DNA of 63,465 bases, the filler included. It is 7 parts of 7 records of this genome, joined end to end, with 100 filler letters (N's around TTAATTAATTAA, not from the genome) between each part and the next. Parts side by side here need not be neighbours in the genome. Positions count along the whole stretch, not along the records: positions 21,915 to 32,249 come from SRR2962707_3726; positions 32,350 to 37,584 come from SRR2962707_3727; positions 37,685 to 44,815 come from SRR2962707_3731; 4 more parts are not named here. One strand, given 5' to 3'. Positions 31,542 to 43,600 of the stretch are shown here, one piece after another. A program made the translations under genes and the position numbers. Below the pieces are notes generated by a model. The model was not told where the DNA came from. It searched no databases and saw nothing but the letters and a program-made list of their open reading frames with translations. Each line of letters starts with the position of its first letter. The stretch's first letter is position 1.

Positions 31542-32249
31542 ATGAAGCAACATAGATTTCGAAATATGGCCCTTGTTGGAAGTGCCTTGGTCTTTTCCGC
31601 CATGGGCGCATCTGCTGAGACGTTCAGATGGGCTTCCAAAACCGACCCACAGACCATGGATCCCCATGCCGTCAACTCCGCCCCGGTGCTGTCCTTCTTG
31701 AATAACGTCTACGAAGGCCTGGTCCGGCGTGGTCAGGGCATGGCGATTGAACCCTCGCTTGCGACGTCATGGGAGCCACTTGTTGGCGAAGATGGCTGGC
31801 GCTTTCACCTACGCAAAGGCGTAACCTTCCAAAACGGAGCGGCCTTTACTTCCGAAGACGTCCTGTTCTCATATCAGCGCGCATCGAACGAAGCGGCCGA
31901 TGTCAGATCATGGTTCGCGCCTGTATCAGATGTCCGTGTTGTTGATGACCACACCATTGATTTCGTGACCAAAGCTCCGAACCCATTGTTCCCGGATTCC
32001 ATCGCGAACTTTATGATTTTGGATAAAGACTGGGCAGAAAGCAACGATGCCGCCCTGCCCGCGCGCGATGCGGAAAACTATGCTTCGATGAACGTGAATG
32101 GTACAGGACCGTTTACCTTGGCCAGCCGGGATCCCGGAGTGAAAACAACTCTGGCTCCCAATGGCGGCTGGTGGGACGACGCCACCCATAACGTGACCGA
32201 AGCAATCTTTACCCCGATTGGCAACTCTGCCACGGGTCTGGCCGCGCTT
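31542..32249 (+). CDS. Family 5 (dipeptide/oligopeptide) ABC substrate-binding protein, 3' truncated
   Basis: Signal peptide; TMDPH, NVYEGLV, PSLATSW, FHLRKGVTF, NGTGPF. Confidence 0.9.
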
Positions 32250-32349
32250 NNNNNNNNNNNNNNNNNNNNNNNNNNNNNNNNNNNNNNNNNNNNTTAATTA
32301 ATTAANNNNNNNNNNNNNNNNNNNNNNNNNNNNNNNNNNNNNNNNNNNN
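32250..32349. other. Artificial contig-joining spacer 3
   Basis: N-run + TTAATTAATTAA + N-run. Confidence 0.98.
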
Positions 32350-32350
32350 G

Positions 32351-32539
<189 letters not shown>

Positions 32540-32560
32540 GGTCTGAAGCGAAACCTCATG

Positions 32561-32600
32561 AAAAAGGCCCGAAACAGGTGATGATGTTTCGGGCCTTTTT
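32561..32600. terminator. Bidirectional intrinsic terminator between hppD and the TRAP operon
   Basis: AAAAAGGCCCGAAACA-N8-TGTTTCGGGCCTTTTT. Confidence 0.88.
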
Positions 32601-32620
32601 CTGTGTTTGTCGGGGCTTTG

Positions 32621-33934
32621 TCAGTAGGCGCCAAACCCCAAAAGATGCGGCAGCCAAAGAATAAGACCGGGAATGGCCACCATCAAAACCACGCGGACAA
32701 TGTCGGCGGCCAAAAACGGCAGGATACCGCGCGACAGCGTGGTGATCGTCATATCCGATGAAACACCCTGAATGATAAACAGGTTCATGCCAATCGGTGG
32801 GGTGATCAGGCCGATTTCAACCACCGACACCAGCAAAACGCCAAACCAAACCGGGTCATAACCAACCCCGGTAATCACGTTAAACGCCGGCACCACGGTC
32901 AGAAGGATCATCGACAGGCTGTCCATAAAACAGCCCAGAACGATGTAAAACACCAGAAGCGTTATCAGCACAGCAAGCGGCGAATACCCTTGTGTGGTGA
33001 TCCAGTTGACCAGTGTCTGGGTCAGCCCACTGGTTTCAATAAAGAAATTGAAAAGCGCCGCCCCGATCAGGATCAAAAAGATCATCCCGGTCATACCCGC
33101 CGTTTCGCGAATGCCTGCGCGCAATGTCGCCCAGTTAAGCTTTTTGCGAATGCCCGCAAACAAAAGAGCCCCACCCGCACCAACAGCCGCCGCCTCGGTC
33201 GGGGAAAACAGCCCGGCATAAATCCCGCCAATGACAAGGACAATCAGCACAATCGCATCCCACATCTGAAGCAATGCGCCCCAGCGTTTCGACCACGGCA
33301 CATAGTCACTGACCGGGGCAAGCGACGGATTGCGCATCACCTGAAGGCGGATGGACGCGATATAAAGAATGGTCGCCAAAATCCCCGGGATCATCGCGCC
33401 CGCAAACAGTGCGCCAATCGATTGTTCAGTCATCAGCGCATAAATCACCAAAAGGATCGACGGCGGGATCAAAACGCCCAGTGTCCCACCCGCCGCAATT
33501 GACGCTCCGGCAAGGCTTTTGGCGTATCCGCGTTTTTGCATTTCCGGCAAGGCCACCCGGCCCATGGTCGCACAGGTCGCAAGCGACGATCCGCAAATCG
33601 CCCCAAACACTGCACTGGCCCCGACACTTGATGCGGCCAAGCCGCCGGGACGATGCCCGGAAAACGCGGTGATGCCGCGAAACAGATTGCCCGATAATCC
33701 CGAATGGGATGCAAACACACCCATAAAAATAAACAGTGGAACAACCGACAGCCCATAAGGGAAAATCGCTTCAAACGGCAGGCTTGCCATCACATAGCTT
33801 GCCGACATCCAGTCGGTCAAAAGCAAGGAGCCGCCAATGCCGACAACCGCCATCGCAATCGCGACGGGGACGCGCAAAAGTGCGAGTGTCAGGGCGACAA
33901 CAAACCCGATTAATCCTGCCCATTCGGTGGCCAT
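32621..33934 (-). CDS. dctM: TRAP transporter large permease (DctM)
   Basis: FGAICGSS, GGTLGVLIPPS, FSPTEAA, EIGLITPPIGMNLF. Confidence 0.92.
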   Translation of the reverse strand: MATEWAGLIGFVVALTLALLRVPVAIAMAVVGIGGSLLLTDWMSASYVMASLPFEAIFPYGLSVVPLFIFMGVFASHSGLSGNLFRGITAFSGHRPGGLAASSVGASAVFGAICGSSLATCATMGRVALPEMQKRGYAKSLAGASIAAGGTLGVLIPPSILLVIYALMTEQSIGALFAGAMIPGILATILYIASIRLQVMRNPSLAPVSDYVPWSKRWGALLQMWDAIVLIVLVIGGIYAGLFSPTEAAAVGAGGALLFAGIRKKLNWATLRAGIRETAGMTGMIFLILIGAALFNFFIETSGLTQTLVNWITTQGYSPLAVLITLLVFYIVLGCFMDSLSMILLTVVPAFNVITGVGYDPVWFGVLLVSVVEIGLITPPIGMNLFIIQGVSSDMTITTLSRGILPFLAADIVRVVLMVAIPGLILWLPHLLGFGAY

Positions 33935-34470
33935 CAAATAGTCTCGTTGGTTAAAAGCGTTTTAAGAAAATGCACCAGACACACCAGTGTCGAGATCGCC
34001 ATGCCGCTGAGCAAAAAGCCCCAGAACAGGATCATCGGGATCGCAAGGTTTTGCGACACATCACCGTAATCCCATTGCTCCATCGCCCGCCCCCACGACA
34101 GATACAGCAAAAATGCCATGACCCCGGCGCAAAGAAGCGGGATCAACCTGTCAATGGTGTTGAAAAGGATGCGAAGACGGTTCTTGCCGATCAGATCGAC
34201 CGTGACATGGGCACGCGCGCTAAAGGCATAGGGGATGGCCCAGGATGCCGCCGCCATGACGCAAAACTGGGTCAAATCAACCGCGCCAACCATCGATTGC
34301 CCGCCGATCCGCCGCCAGATAATATCAACAACCACAATGCCAATCGCGCCAATAAGGGCCGACATGCCGACAAATGCCAGAATGTCGGTCAGCCTGTTCA
34401 TCGCGCGGTCAAGGTGGTCGACCGCGGCATAAAGCCGCGATCCACCAGATTTGTAAACGCGTTGCGTCAT
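33934..34470 (-). CDS. dctQ: TRAP transporter small permease (DctQ)
   Basis: Four hydrophobic segments, HVTVD motif, position between dctP and dctM. Confidence 0.88.
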   Translation of the reverse strand: MTQRVYKSGGSRLYAAVDHLDRAMNRLTDILAFVGMSALIGAIGIVVVDIIWRRIGGQSMVGAVDLTQFCVMAAASWAIPYAFSARAHVTVDLIGKNRLRILFNTIDRLIPLLCAGVMAFLLYLSWGRAMEQWDYGDVSQNLAIPMILFWGFLLSGMAISTLVCLVHFLKTLLTNETI

Positions 34471-35525
34471 TTGTCGCCAGCGTGATATTTGGCGTCAAAT
34501 TCCGCGACCAGTTCCTGTGCACGCTTGTAAATCGCCTCGGGATCGGCAACGCCTTTTTCTTTCAGGCTTTCAAGGTAATCCTTGATCATCGGCTGGACCG
34601 ATGCCTGCCATTCCGCGCGCGTCGCATCATCAATTACGATGATTTCATTGCCGCGTTCTTCGGCGGCTGCTTTGCCAACCGCTTCCCATTTGGTCCACCA
34701 GTCACCAAATTTACTCACCAGTGCATCACCGGAAATTTCATCAATTGCCGCACGGACATCTTCGGGCAGGCTGTCATATTTCTTCTGGTTCATCACAAAA
34801 TAGAACCCGGCGGTATAGGCTGCCGCATCGGTATGATATTTCAAAAGTTCATTGGCCTTAACCGCATTGACCAGATCCCAGGTCGTTACCAGACCTTCGA
34901 TATTGCCCTTTTGCAGATTTTCGTAAATCGCTGATGGCGGCAGCCCAACCGGCGATGCGCCAAACGATTCAAGCATGGCCGAAACCGCAGGGCTTGGGGT
35001 GCGAAGACGAAGACCCTTAAGGTCGTCAAGCGATCTTACCGGGGTATCAAGGGTATGGATCAGCCCGCCTTCATGGGTGAAAAGACCCAGAACCTTAAAG
35101 TCCTGATAGTCACTGCCAAGAAGGCCTTCCTTATAAAGCTGCCACAGGGTTTCCGACCCGGAATCGGCATATTTCACAAGGAACGGCATTTCAATGACCG
35201 ACGCAGCAGGATAGCGATCACGCGGAATACCATTGAGGCCCACGGCCATATCCATCACACCGGCGCGCACCTGATCGGCCTGCCGGTCGATCTTGCCAAA
35301 GGCGGATGTGGCGTCAAAGATTTGCACCTCAACCTTGCCATTGGTCTTTTCCGAAAGCTGCTTGCCCCAGTTTTCAAGAAAATCGACCTGAAAACCATGG
35401 CTTGGCGGCAGATAGTGGCTGACCTTAAGGGTGATGTCGGCGGCCTGTGCCACACCAGCCCCGGCAAGCATGGTGGCCCCGGCCAGAATGCTCATCACCG
35501 TTTTGCGTAAATTCATCGGTTTCAT
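34467..35525 (-). CDS. dctP: TRAP transporter substrate-binding protein (DctP)
   Basis: Signal peptide; LKVSHYLPPSH, DLKGLRLRTP (carboxylate-binding Arg region), IYENLQKG, FVMNQKKYDSLP. Confidence 0.92.
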   Translation of the reverse strand: MKPMNLRKTVMSILAGATMLAGAGVAQAADITLKVSHYLPPSHGFQVDFLENWGKQLSEKTNGKVEVQIFDATSAFGKIDRQADQVRAGVMDMAVGLNGIPRDRYPAASVIEMPFLVKYADSGSETLWQLYKEGLLGSDYQDFKVLGLFTHEGGLIHTLDTPVRSLDDLKGLRLRTPSPAVSAMLESFGASPVGLPPSAIYENLQKGNIEGLVTTWDLVNAVKANELLKYHTDAAAYTAGFYFVMNQKKYDSLPEDVRAAIDEISGDALVSKFGDWWTKWEAVGKAAAEERGNEIIVIDDATRAEWQASVQPMIKDYLESLKEKGVADPEAIYKRAQELVAEFDAKYHAGDK

Positions 35526-35694
35526 GTTCCTCTCCCTGTTTTCTTGATCATGGGGTTGTTGTTTGTTTGGGCGTCGGCATTTCCGGTCTTATTGAGTCTG
35601 GCCGGTGGATGGGGATTGCGCATCCAGTCCATCGGGTTTGATCCGACGCCGAATGTGATTTCCTCTTTGCTTTGGAATTATGATATATATAATG

Positions 35695-35713
35695 AATTAC
35701 GCAATATGAAATT
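35695..35713. promoter_or_regulatory. Candidate IclR-family operator between dctP and the IclR gene
   Basis: Imperfect palindrome AATTACG-CAATA-TGAAATT in an AT-rich divergent promoter region. Confidence 0.45.
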
Positions 35714-35728
35714 TATAAAGGTAATTTT

Positions 35729-36571
35729 TTGACCCAGTTTCCGACAAAAGACCTTTTGACCGATCAGGTTGACTTGGATGCACCAGACGCAATGAGTGCA
35801 ACCGATGCGGTGGATACGCGCAAAGGCATCCAGTCGGTTGAGGTCAGTGGCGTCATCATTGCCGCTTTATGCGATTTCAAATTCCCGGTCCCGCTAAAGG
35901 ACCTGGCTGCCGCGGTCGATATGTCACCGGCCAAGGTGCATCGTTATTTGGCAAGTCTGGTACGGATTGGTCTTGCCTGGCAGGATGACCAAACCGGGCT
36001 TTATGGGCTGGGTCCGATGGCGCTTCGCATGGGAATTTCGGCGATTGAGCGCAATGACGTTGTCATGCGGGCCGGGCGTTTATTGCGAAAATTGGCCATT
36101 GAATTACGCTCATCCGGGCATCTGGCAATCTGGGGTGAACGGGGCCCGGTTCTGATCCGCACCGAACATGGTGGTCCGCCGATCATATCGACCATGGGGT
36201 TGGGAACGGTCATGCCGCTTTTGCGCTCGGCCACCGGGCAGGCCTTTTTGTCGGCCATGCCCAGAAGTGCCATCGAACATGTCATTCACGCCGAACAAGA
36301 CATCCTGCATTGGGATGATGCGACGGTGGATCGGCTTATTACCGATACCCGGGCGCGGGGCGCGGCGGTGATCGAAGGCGATATTGTGCCCGGCTTATCG
36401 GCGATCAGTGCGCCGGTTTTCAATCTGGACGGGGCGGTGGCGTGCTGTGTGACGCTGATGAACCCCAAGGCCGATTATTTCCAGCCCGGACACCCGGCCT
36501 TTGACACGTTCCGCACTGAAATTGATGCGTTCACCCAAAGTTGGGGTGGTGATCCGCGTGGTGAAGAGTGA
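35729..36571 (+). CDS. IclR-family transcriptional regulator (HmgR-like)
   Basis: GIQSVEV, LKDLAAAVDMSPAKVHRYLASL HTH, PLLRSATG, GLSAISAPVF; alternative start ATG 35792. Confidence 0.88.
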   Translation: MTQFPTKDLLTDQVDLDAPDAMSATDAVDTRKGIQSVEVSGVIIAALCDFKFPVPLKDLAAAVDMSPAKVHRYLASLVRIGLAWQDDQTGLYGLGPMALRMGISAIERNDVVMRAGRLLRKLAIELRSSGHLAIWGERGPVLIRTEHGGPPIISTMGLGTVMPLLRSATGQAFLSAMPRSAIEHVIHAEQDILHWDDATVDRLITDTRARGAAVIEGDIVPGLSAISAPVFNLDGAVACCVTLMNPKADYFQPGHPAFDTFRTEIDAFTQSWGGDPRGEE

Positions 36572-36590
36572 GGTGGAAAAGGAATGCTGA

Positions 36591-37019
36591 TCAAAGATCG
36601 TTCAGCTTCGTCAGGAGGGCAGACAGCCGACTGAAATCATCCTCACCCAGAAAGTCGCGGACTTTTTGGTCATAGGCAATGCCTGCTTTGCAAAGCGACG
36701 CAAAAGCCGACTGGCCTTGGGAGGTTAATTCAAGGCGCTGAATACGGCGGTCCTGCTCGTCCTGACGACGCTTTAACCAGCGGCGCTGCTCGATGGAAAA
36801 GATTGCGCGCGAAACCTTGGTTTTATGAAGCCCGGTATGGGTAACGATTTCGGTCGCAGTCAACGCGCCATATTGGCCAAGGGTGGCAAGAACGCGCCAT
36901 TCGGATCGGGTCATCCGGTATTGATCGCGATAAATGTCGCGGAAACCGAAACTGACCTTTTCGCTGGCGTGATGCATCAGAAACGGCAGAAAGCTGTGTA
37001 AATCAAATTCGGTTTTCAT
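36591..37019 (-). CDS. MarR-family transcriptional regulator divergent from hmgA
   Basis: [28 protein letters not shown]. Confidence 0.9.
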   Translation of the reverse strand: MKTEFDLHSFLPFLMHHASEKVSFGFRDIYRDQYRMTRSEWRVLATLGQYGALTATEIVTHTGLHKTKVSRAIFSIEQRRWLKRRQDEQDRRIQRLELTSQGQSAFASLCKAGIAYDQKVRDFLGEDDFSRLSALLTKLNDL

Positions 37020-37037
37020 GGCTTAAATGGCCGTTTG

Positions 37038-37072
37038 ATAGTTACAAAAATAATGGTTACGAATGTAACTAT
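37038..37072. promoter_or_regulatory. MarR-type operator(s) between marR and hmgA
   Basis: ATGGTTAC-GAAT-GTAACTAT palindrome (37053-37072) plus an extra ATAGTTACA half-site (37038-37046). Confidence 0.7.
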
Positions 37073-37097
37073 ATCAAATATTGTTAGGGAAAAGGCA

Positions 37098-37584
37098 ATG
37101 ACCGATCATATCGCAACCAGCAAAACCGCCCAAAACGGCGCAAGCAGCGATTTGTCTTACATGCCCGGTTTTGGCAATGATTTTGAAACGGAATGCCTGC
37201 CCGGTGCACTGCCCCAAGGGCAAAACAGCCCGCAAAAATGCCCGTATGGCCTGTATGCCGAACAGCTTTCAGGATCACCCTTTACCGCACCACGCGGCAC
37301 CAATGAACGGTCATGGTTGTACCGTATTCGCCCCAGTGTGCGCCACAATGGCCGGTTTAAATCCTTGTCCCTGCCTGATTGGAAAACCGCCCCTTGTGTG
37401 GGCGATCATAGTCTGGCCCTTGGGCAATTGCGCTGGGACCCGGTCCCGATGCCGTCCGAACCAACCGACTTTATGACCGGCATGCGCACGGTGACCACGG
37501 CCGGGGACGCCATGACGCTAAGCGGCATGGCAAGCCACGTTTATGTCTGTAACACCGATATGGTCGATGACTATTTCTTCAATG
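37098..37584 (+). CDS. hmgA: Homogentisate 1,2-dioxygenase, 3' truncated
   Basis: [64 protein letters not shown]. Confidence 0.96.
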
Positions 37585-37684
37585 NNNNNNNNNNNNNNNN
37601 NNNNNNNNNNNNNNNNNNNNNNNNNNNNTTAATTAATTAANNNNNNNNNNNNNNNNNNNNNNNNNNNNNNNNNNNNNNNNNNNN
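37585..37684. other. Artificial contig-joining spacer 4 (bacterial to eukaryotic switch)
   Basis: N-run + TTAATTAATTAA + N-run. Confidence 0.98.
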
Positions 37685-37685
37685 T

Positions 37686-40600
37686 GGCAAATCCAAAACT
37701 AGCAAACACTCTGGTAAGCGCCGCAGCCAAACGAAGCGGGGCAAAAAGGCAGCCGAACACGGCAGCGTCGCGCCAAGAAGTCTTGGAGAAGGCAGACCCC
37801 CGCAGCCCAAAAAAACCACAGCATCCCCCAACAAAAAACGGCTCAACAACCCAGGGCTTCGCATCACCACAACGAACATCTCCGATTCTGGCGTGTCTGA
37901 AGGAGCGGCCGGAAAAGATACGACACTCGCGATTCGGCCAAGGTTGCGGAGATCACCCAGCAGTGCTGACACAGCGCTACGATTCATGCTTGATGATTTG
38001 AACGAGGCTGAAGAAATTTTGTCAGACTTTATGGAGTCAATGACCGAGGCTGAGGCAGAGCTCATGTTGGGCTCACCGTTGTCGGTTCTGGACGGAAGTG
38101 GAGCCACTGGCAGCGGCTCAGCGAAAGATTTTTCTTTGCTGCATGACGTGGACGACGAACAAGAAGGCACTCTAGCAAAAGTTGACAGCAACGCCGCTGA
38201 CAACGATATCGAGTACTCGAAAAGTGATAGCGACACGGACGAAAGCAATGGTAACTTTGATGATGGAGCATTGCAGCAAATGCCTGAGTCCGAATCCACA
38301 CAAAGACATTGTCCGGAGCACGGCAACGCAGCTGAGTCAGACAACGAAGTCTGCCAAGGTCTCGGTCGAAAAAGCACCAGAAATTCACGCGAGGCCAAGC
38401 CACACCACCAACAACGGGACTCTGTGCCGGAACGCCAGCGTATCGATGATCGGCAGCCACTTCAACATCCTCGGCCCGCTGAACCAATTGACAACCATCG
38501 TCCCCAACATGACCCTGTTGGCCGAAGATTATCGCCTCGAAGCACTTCGAGTTCAAAGTCCAACTCGCCTCCAGCGCTTTCAACTCCCGTACAGCGTCAG
38601 CCACACGGTTACCAAAGTGGACACGGGCCCGCCCAACAGTTGCGTCGCAGTGACGATAATTTTGGGCCGCAGAGGAGACCCATCACTGCGCCTGGGGATG
38701 GTGGTCAGCAAGCTTTCGAAGGGCAAGGAGCGCAACACCGTTCGAAAAACAAGCGTGACGGGTCTGCACGAAACGCATCCGTATCTGCTGTGCTTGATGG
38801 CAGGAGCATGTCGCCCTCACCATCTCCTTCGTTGGCGGCGCCAACACAAAAAAAAGAGTCCACACGCTACCCCACTGTGCGACACGAGGGATATCCTTAC
38901 GAGATTCAAGCAGCAGTGCAACCACTGCAGCAGGAAAGGCACCAAGATGTGCACGGCGTTCAGACGGAAAAACTCGTGCCAAGTCGCACCTCAGCAGGGA
39001 CCACTCGCGGCAAGCCTAATGTTGATGGTCACAAAGTGATATCTGAGAAGTTGCGGCTCTTGAAACGAAATAAACACCATGGATCAACGCGTCGCGGCAG
39101 ACATCCGCGAGCCAAACACAGTGCGCGGTTGAGTCGGTCTGCATCAGGCGTCATTGCAGCGCAAGACACGCAGCCGTCGAAGTCACGATCACGACCGTTT
39201 CATCATGCAGAAAGTGTCACCGCCACACTGCGCAAGGATCGCAACCCCCGACGTATTCGGGCTGTGCAGCGCAGGAACACACCCTCGTACACGCTGCCAT
39301 CTGAGGATTCGTCTGATAGCGGTGAAAACATTCGGCCTCATCGTGTGCAACTTCATCACCAGATTAGTCAACACGCTCTCGATAATGGCGACCGAAGCAG
39401 CGAAGTGTCGTTGGCTCCAGCGTTCAGCAGGACTCTTACTCGTCCTGCTCAGAGCGAAATGCTGCTCCTCTGCCTCGATGGGCGGACTTGGCAGTCATAT
39501 GCTTGCACGTGGCAGCTGATCGAGGCAGATGTTGCGCGGCTCACTTTTGAAGCACCAGCGGCAGCCGGGCAGACGTGGGATGTCCGCACCTGGGACTTTC
39601 GGGCAGGTAGTACCGTTGCCGAAGTTCCCTTTCCAGCTGTTGGTGCGCGAGCACCTCCAGTGGCAGAGCTATATCAGCTCTGTGCTGCCAATCGCGAGTT
39701 CTTGCGGAACTCGGGTGTGCTTCGAGATCACAATGCCAGTGTATCTGCCATGCGAAATAGTGTCAACGGCCAGTACCTTTGCATTGGTTTGCGGAGCAGT
39801 TTTGACCAAGCACTTTTTGCATGTGCCGTCTCGGATGACGCGCACGAGCAGTGGTACTTGCAATTCGTGGAGGACTTTATCGCGTTGAATGACGAGCAGG
39901 AAGACGATATGACAAATGAGTTTTCTGTGCACGCGCTGCTGCAGGCAGGCCGTACTTCAAGCTCGGACACCCACAAACCGCAAACGCCATCTCGAACTGG
40001 TGAAGTCAGCCGCGTTGTTGCAGACGATGGCCTACTCCGAGGCCACGAGCAAAAGGAAAATGACCAAGATTGTGAAAGCTGGATTGACAGCCACATCTCA
40101 GAAGACGATGGGAGCGACGAGTCTCACCGAATGTCTGTAGATGCACCTGAAGGGTCAAGTTCAAGTTCAGTTGCGAATACCGGCGCCATGCCTATGCGCA
40201 ACAGAAGGGCGCTCCTCCCGCCAGTCGTTGTAGCAGCTGCACCTGACACACCTGAAAACCGGCGTGCGCACTTCGCCGCGGCCGCAGCTGCAGCCGCAGC
40301 TGCTGATGCGTTCCGCACCTACTACAGTGCTGAAGACGACGACTTCACGTCGCCCCGTGGCAACCAACGAGGTCATCCAGCAGTTGGCTTGGCCACCCCT
40401 CAGCCGGACCTTAAACCTGGCTCTCGCGTTGCCATGGTGGAGCCAGTGAGTGACGACCCAGCAGACATCGCAAGCGGTGGTGGTGACACCGATTCTCTGG
40501 ACTCTTCTCAAAGTGTGTTGCAGCTTGACGAGGCAGAACCCCACATCGGATCTGCACCTGCCAACATGTCAGCTTCCTTGCCCAATGAAGGAACCAGGCC

Positions 40601-43600
40601 TGAGCGGCAGACGGGGTCGTTGTTTCCGGCCTTTTTGGGAATTGAAGAGCTGCCATCGGTCAGGCCTCGCCGTGGTGATCATCAACGTCATTCAAAACCG
40701 TCGACGCGAAAGTCAAGCAAGGCACCGAAGAAGTCAATTGACGCGACACGACCCCCGAGCCAACTTCACCACTTCAACGCCATTGGCGAAAATCGCTTGA
40801 AAGTGGTCGGTGAGAAAGTCAAGTTGCTGCCGCCACCGCCTGGGCTCGACTTTGCATCTGTGTATGGCGAACATGGAGCGGGCAGCGGCGAGGATGATGA
40901 CAGCGACAGTACACTTTCGGGTCAGGACAACTCCGGCCGACATGTAAAATCAGATAATGCGCGCACTAGCGAGAAGCAGGAATTGCTTGCAGCATTGCAG
41001 ATAACACTTGCTGAATTAAAAGCTGCGCAACGTCAACAGCAAGATGGGCACGAGTCAGGTGCCAAGCAACTAGATCCTCAAGAATTGCCAGATGAAAAGG
41101 ATGTTAGGGAACCTGGAACCCAAACCTCAATTCGGAGTCGATCTCCTGCATCTGCCCTTGAACCCGCCGCTGTTGTGTACTCGCACGCTCAGAGGTACCT
41201 TGCGTCGCGGAGCCGGCGCAAACCTGCAAGTTCACCATCTTCATCAGATGCCGGGGCACAATCCGGCACTTTGTCAAATCCAGAGCAAACCCGAAGAGCA
41301 GTTGCGCGCGACCAACTTGACACTCCAGGTGCAAACGCACAAAGCCATTCTCCACCCGCGTCAAAGAACGCAATGACGCAGCAGCAGCTTGACCAAGGTG
41401 TTGTCCAGAATGGCGGGGCCAGTAGCGGTGGTGGACTCCCGTCCCCCATTTCAGCTTTGTTCCCGATAACAGATGCAGAATCGGCTTCGAATGTGCCTTT
41501 TTCGTTGACGTCCCCATCAAAACCAACAAACATGCCGCGACGAACACACCGCGAGGGACAAAGTACCTCACAGTCACCCGGCGTGGTGACGGTAGGTGCG
41601 TCCCTCGGGAACAGTCCTCCAAAGACCGAAGTGCTTTGGGTGGAGCGCATGGCAAAAAAAAACAATGCTCACGAGACTGTTCGTGGATCTCCGCAGGCTG
41701 TGCGCAAAGACTTGGCATTGGCGCATGCGCGTGCGGGAGAAAAACTGCTCGAAGATCGATTGCGCGCGGCAAAAGAGCGCTTGCTTCACCCACCAACGAG
41801 GCAGGACGGGTTTGCCAGTACTGACGTGGAACAAGAGCTGGCGCAACCCATTTTAAGCTCGTGGTTGATGGACCCAATGCCAACCTCACAACAGGCACAC
41901 AGTACCCCTAAAATTGAAACTCTTCGGCAACGCACAGCACACGCTGCACCACAGGAGTCGAGTGAAAGCACTTCTCACCAAGACGGAAGGCATGATTTTG
42001 TCAGCGGCAAGAAAAAGAAAAACATTTTGGGATCCAACAAAGTTTCTTTGCGAGAGCGTATGGCTCAGCGAGCAGCGGAAAAGAAAGCTGCGCAGGAGCG
42101 CGAGTCGTCGCCACAGACAAGCATTGATGCTGGTGGTCTTGAACCCTGTACCAGGCCTGATTCCGATTCGAACATGATGGAAGGTGCACACGCAGCTGGG
42201 AGCGACATGCGTGATGTCGGCAGCGCCGACGGTGCTGTTGCCTTCGAAAATTTGGAGCACCACAAGGTGCCTGGGCCCGCGGAACAAGACGCAACGTCCA
42301 ACGCTGTGCTTTTGCCTACAAAGTTGATGAAAGTGCCGTCACCTGTAAAGCTTGAAAGGGGGACTGGCGAGGGTGAACGTGCAACATCGACGATATCCCC
42401 TCAGGTGGCTGGCGGAACTGTCAGCCCTGATGAGCAACATGATGCTGGGGCTTCGCCCGCGAGTGCAGCTGCAAATGCAAAGGGTGTAGCAGCGTCAGCG
42501 GGAACGCATTTTCCACCGCGCCCGCCGCTCTCACAACAAATGCAAGATCGCATTGCGTCCATGCAACAGCGCAAACTCCATAAAGCCCACGTGGTCCACA
42601 GGCGAGCAGGCAGCACTGGTGCCACGGGCACTGAAGCAGGAGACGTAATGCCCAGGACACACCACCGAAAACAAAGCTCTGGAGTCGAAAGTCTTATCCA
42701 GGGAATCCTGGGGCACAGTCGCGACAACAGCGCAGCCAGTTTCGCAAGCACGGGTACAGATGAATCTTCTGAGCGAGCGCATTCCTCGCCACCAGCTGCA
42801 GCCACTACATCCCCAACAGAAGACGATGGGCGTCCGGCACAGCATCATCGCCGACGGAGTTCTGGCATCGGCTCACTCATCAACGGCGTTTTGACGAATC
42901 TTGACATGAAATTGCCTGCTTCAGACGCACCGAAAGCCCCGACTATGGGGTCTCACGCGTTGACATTGGCGCAGCAAAGTTCACATTCTGAAGCGTTGCC
43001 ACCCCGACCAGGTGTGCTGGGGATTGTTCCGGACGAAAAGCCTATTGAGCGCAGGCACCACAAGCGCGATAACAGCCTTGGTGGTGTCGCACACACTCGT
43101 CACGACAGTGCTGCCAGCTCTCACACGCAGTATTCGCACGAAAGCTTTATGGTGACGGCGCCGGATGACGACGACGAAGACGGAGCCATCGGCGTCACCA
43201 CTAGTGAAACAGACGACTTTTCAGATTCATCGAGGCCAATGAACGACCGTCGTTTCTCGAACAGCAACCGACATGTGGGACAGACCGACCAGTCGGAATC
43301 TGGCGGTGAAGCTCCGTTGGAACACCACAGACGTATTAGTTCTGGCGTGCTTGCGCTGGCACGTGAACTTGGTAATGATAGCGAGGGAGACAGCACATGG
43401 GCGCGACGCCGCAAGAATACTACCCCGTTGCACCGCGGTGGGCGCCCCGGTCTTGGATTTATCAGGTCTGCAGAGCAGAGGGAAGCACAGCAACGGCCAG
43501 GATTACATGGACGTCATGACAGTCACACGACTGCCACCAGCTACGAAGAGGAGCCGATTGACGTTGGGGGTTCAATGTCAAGTGGTGATGAAATGGCCGC

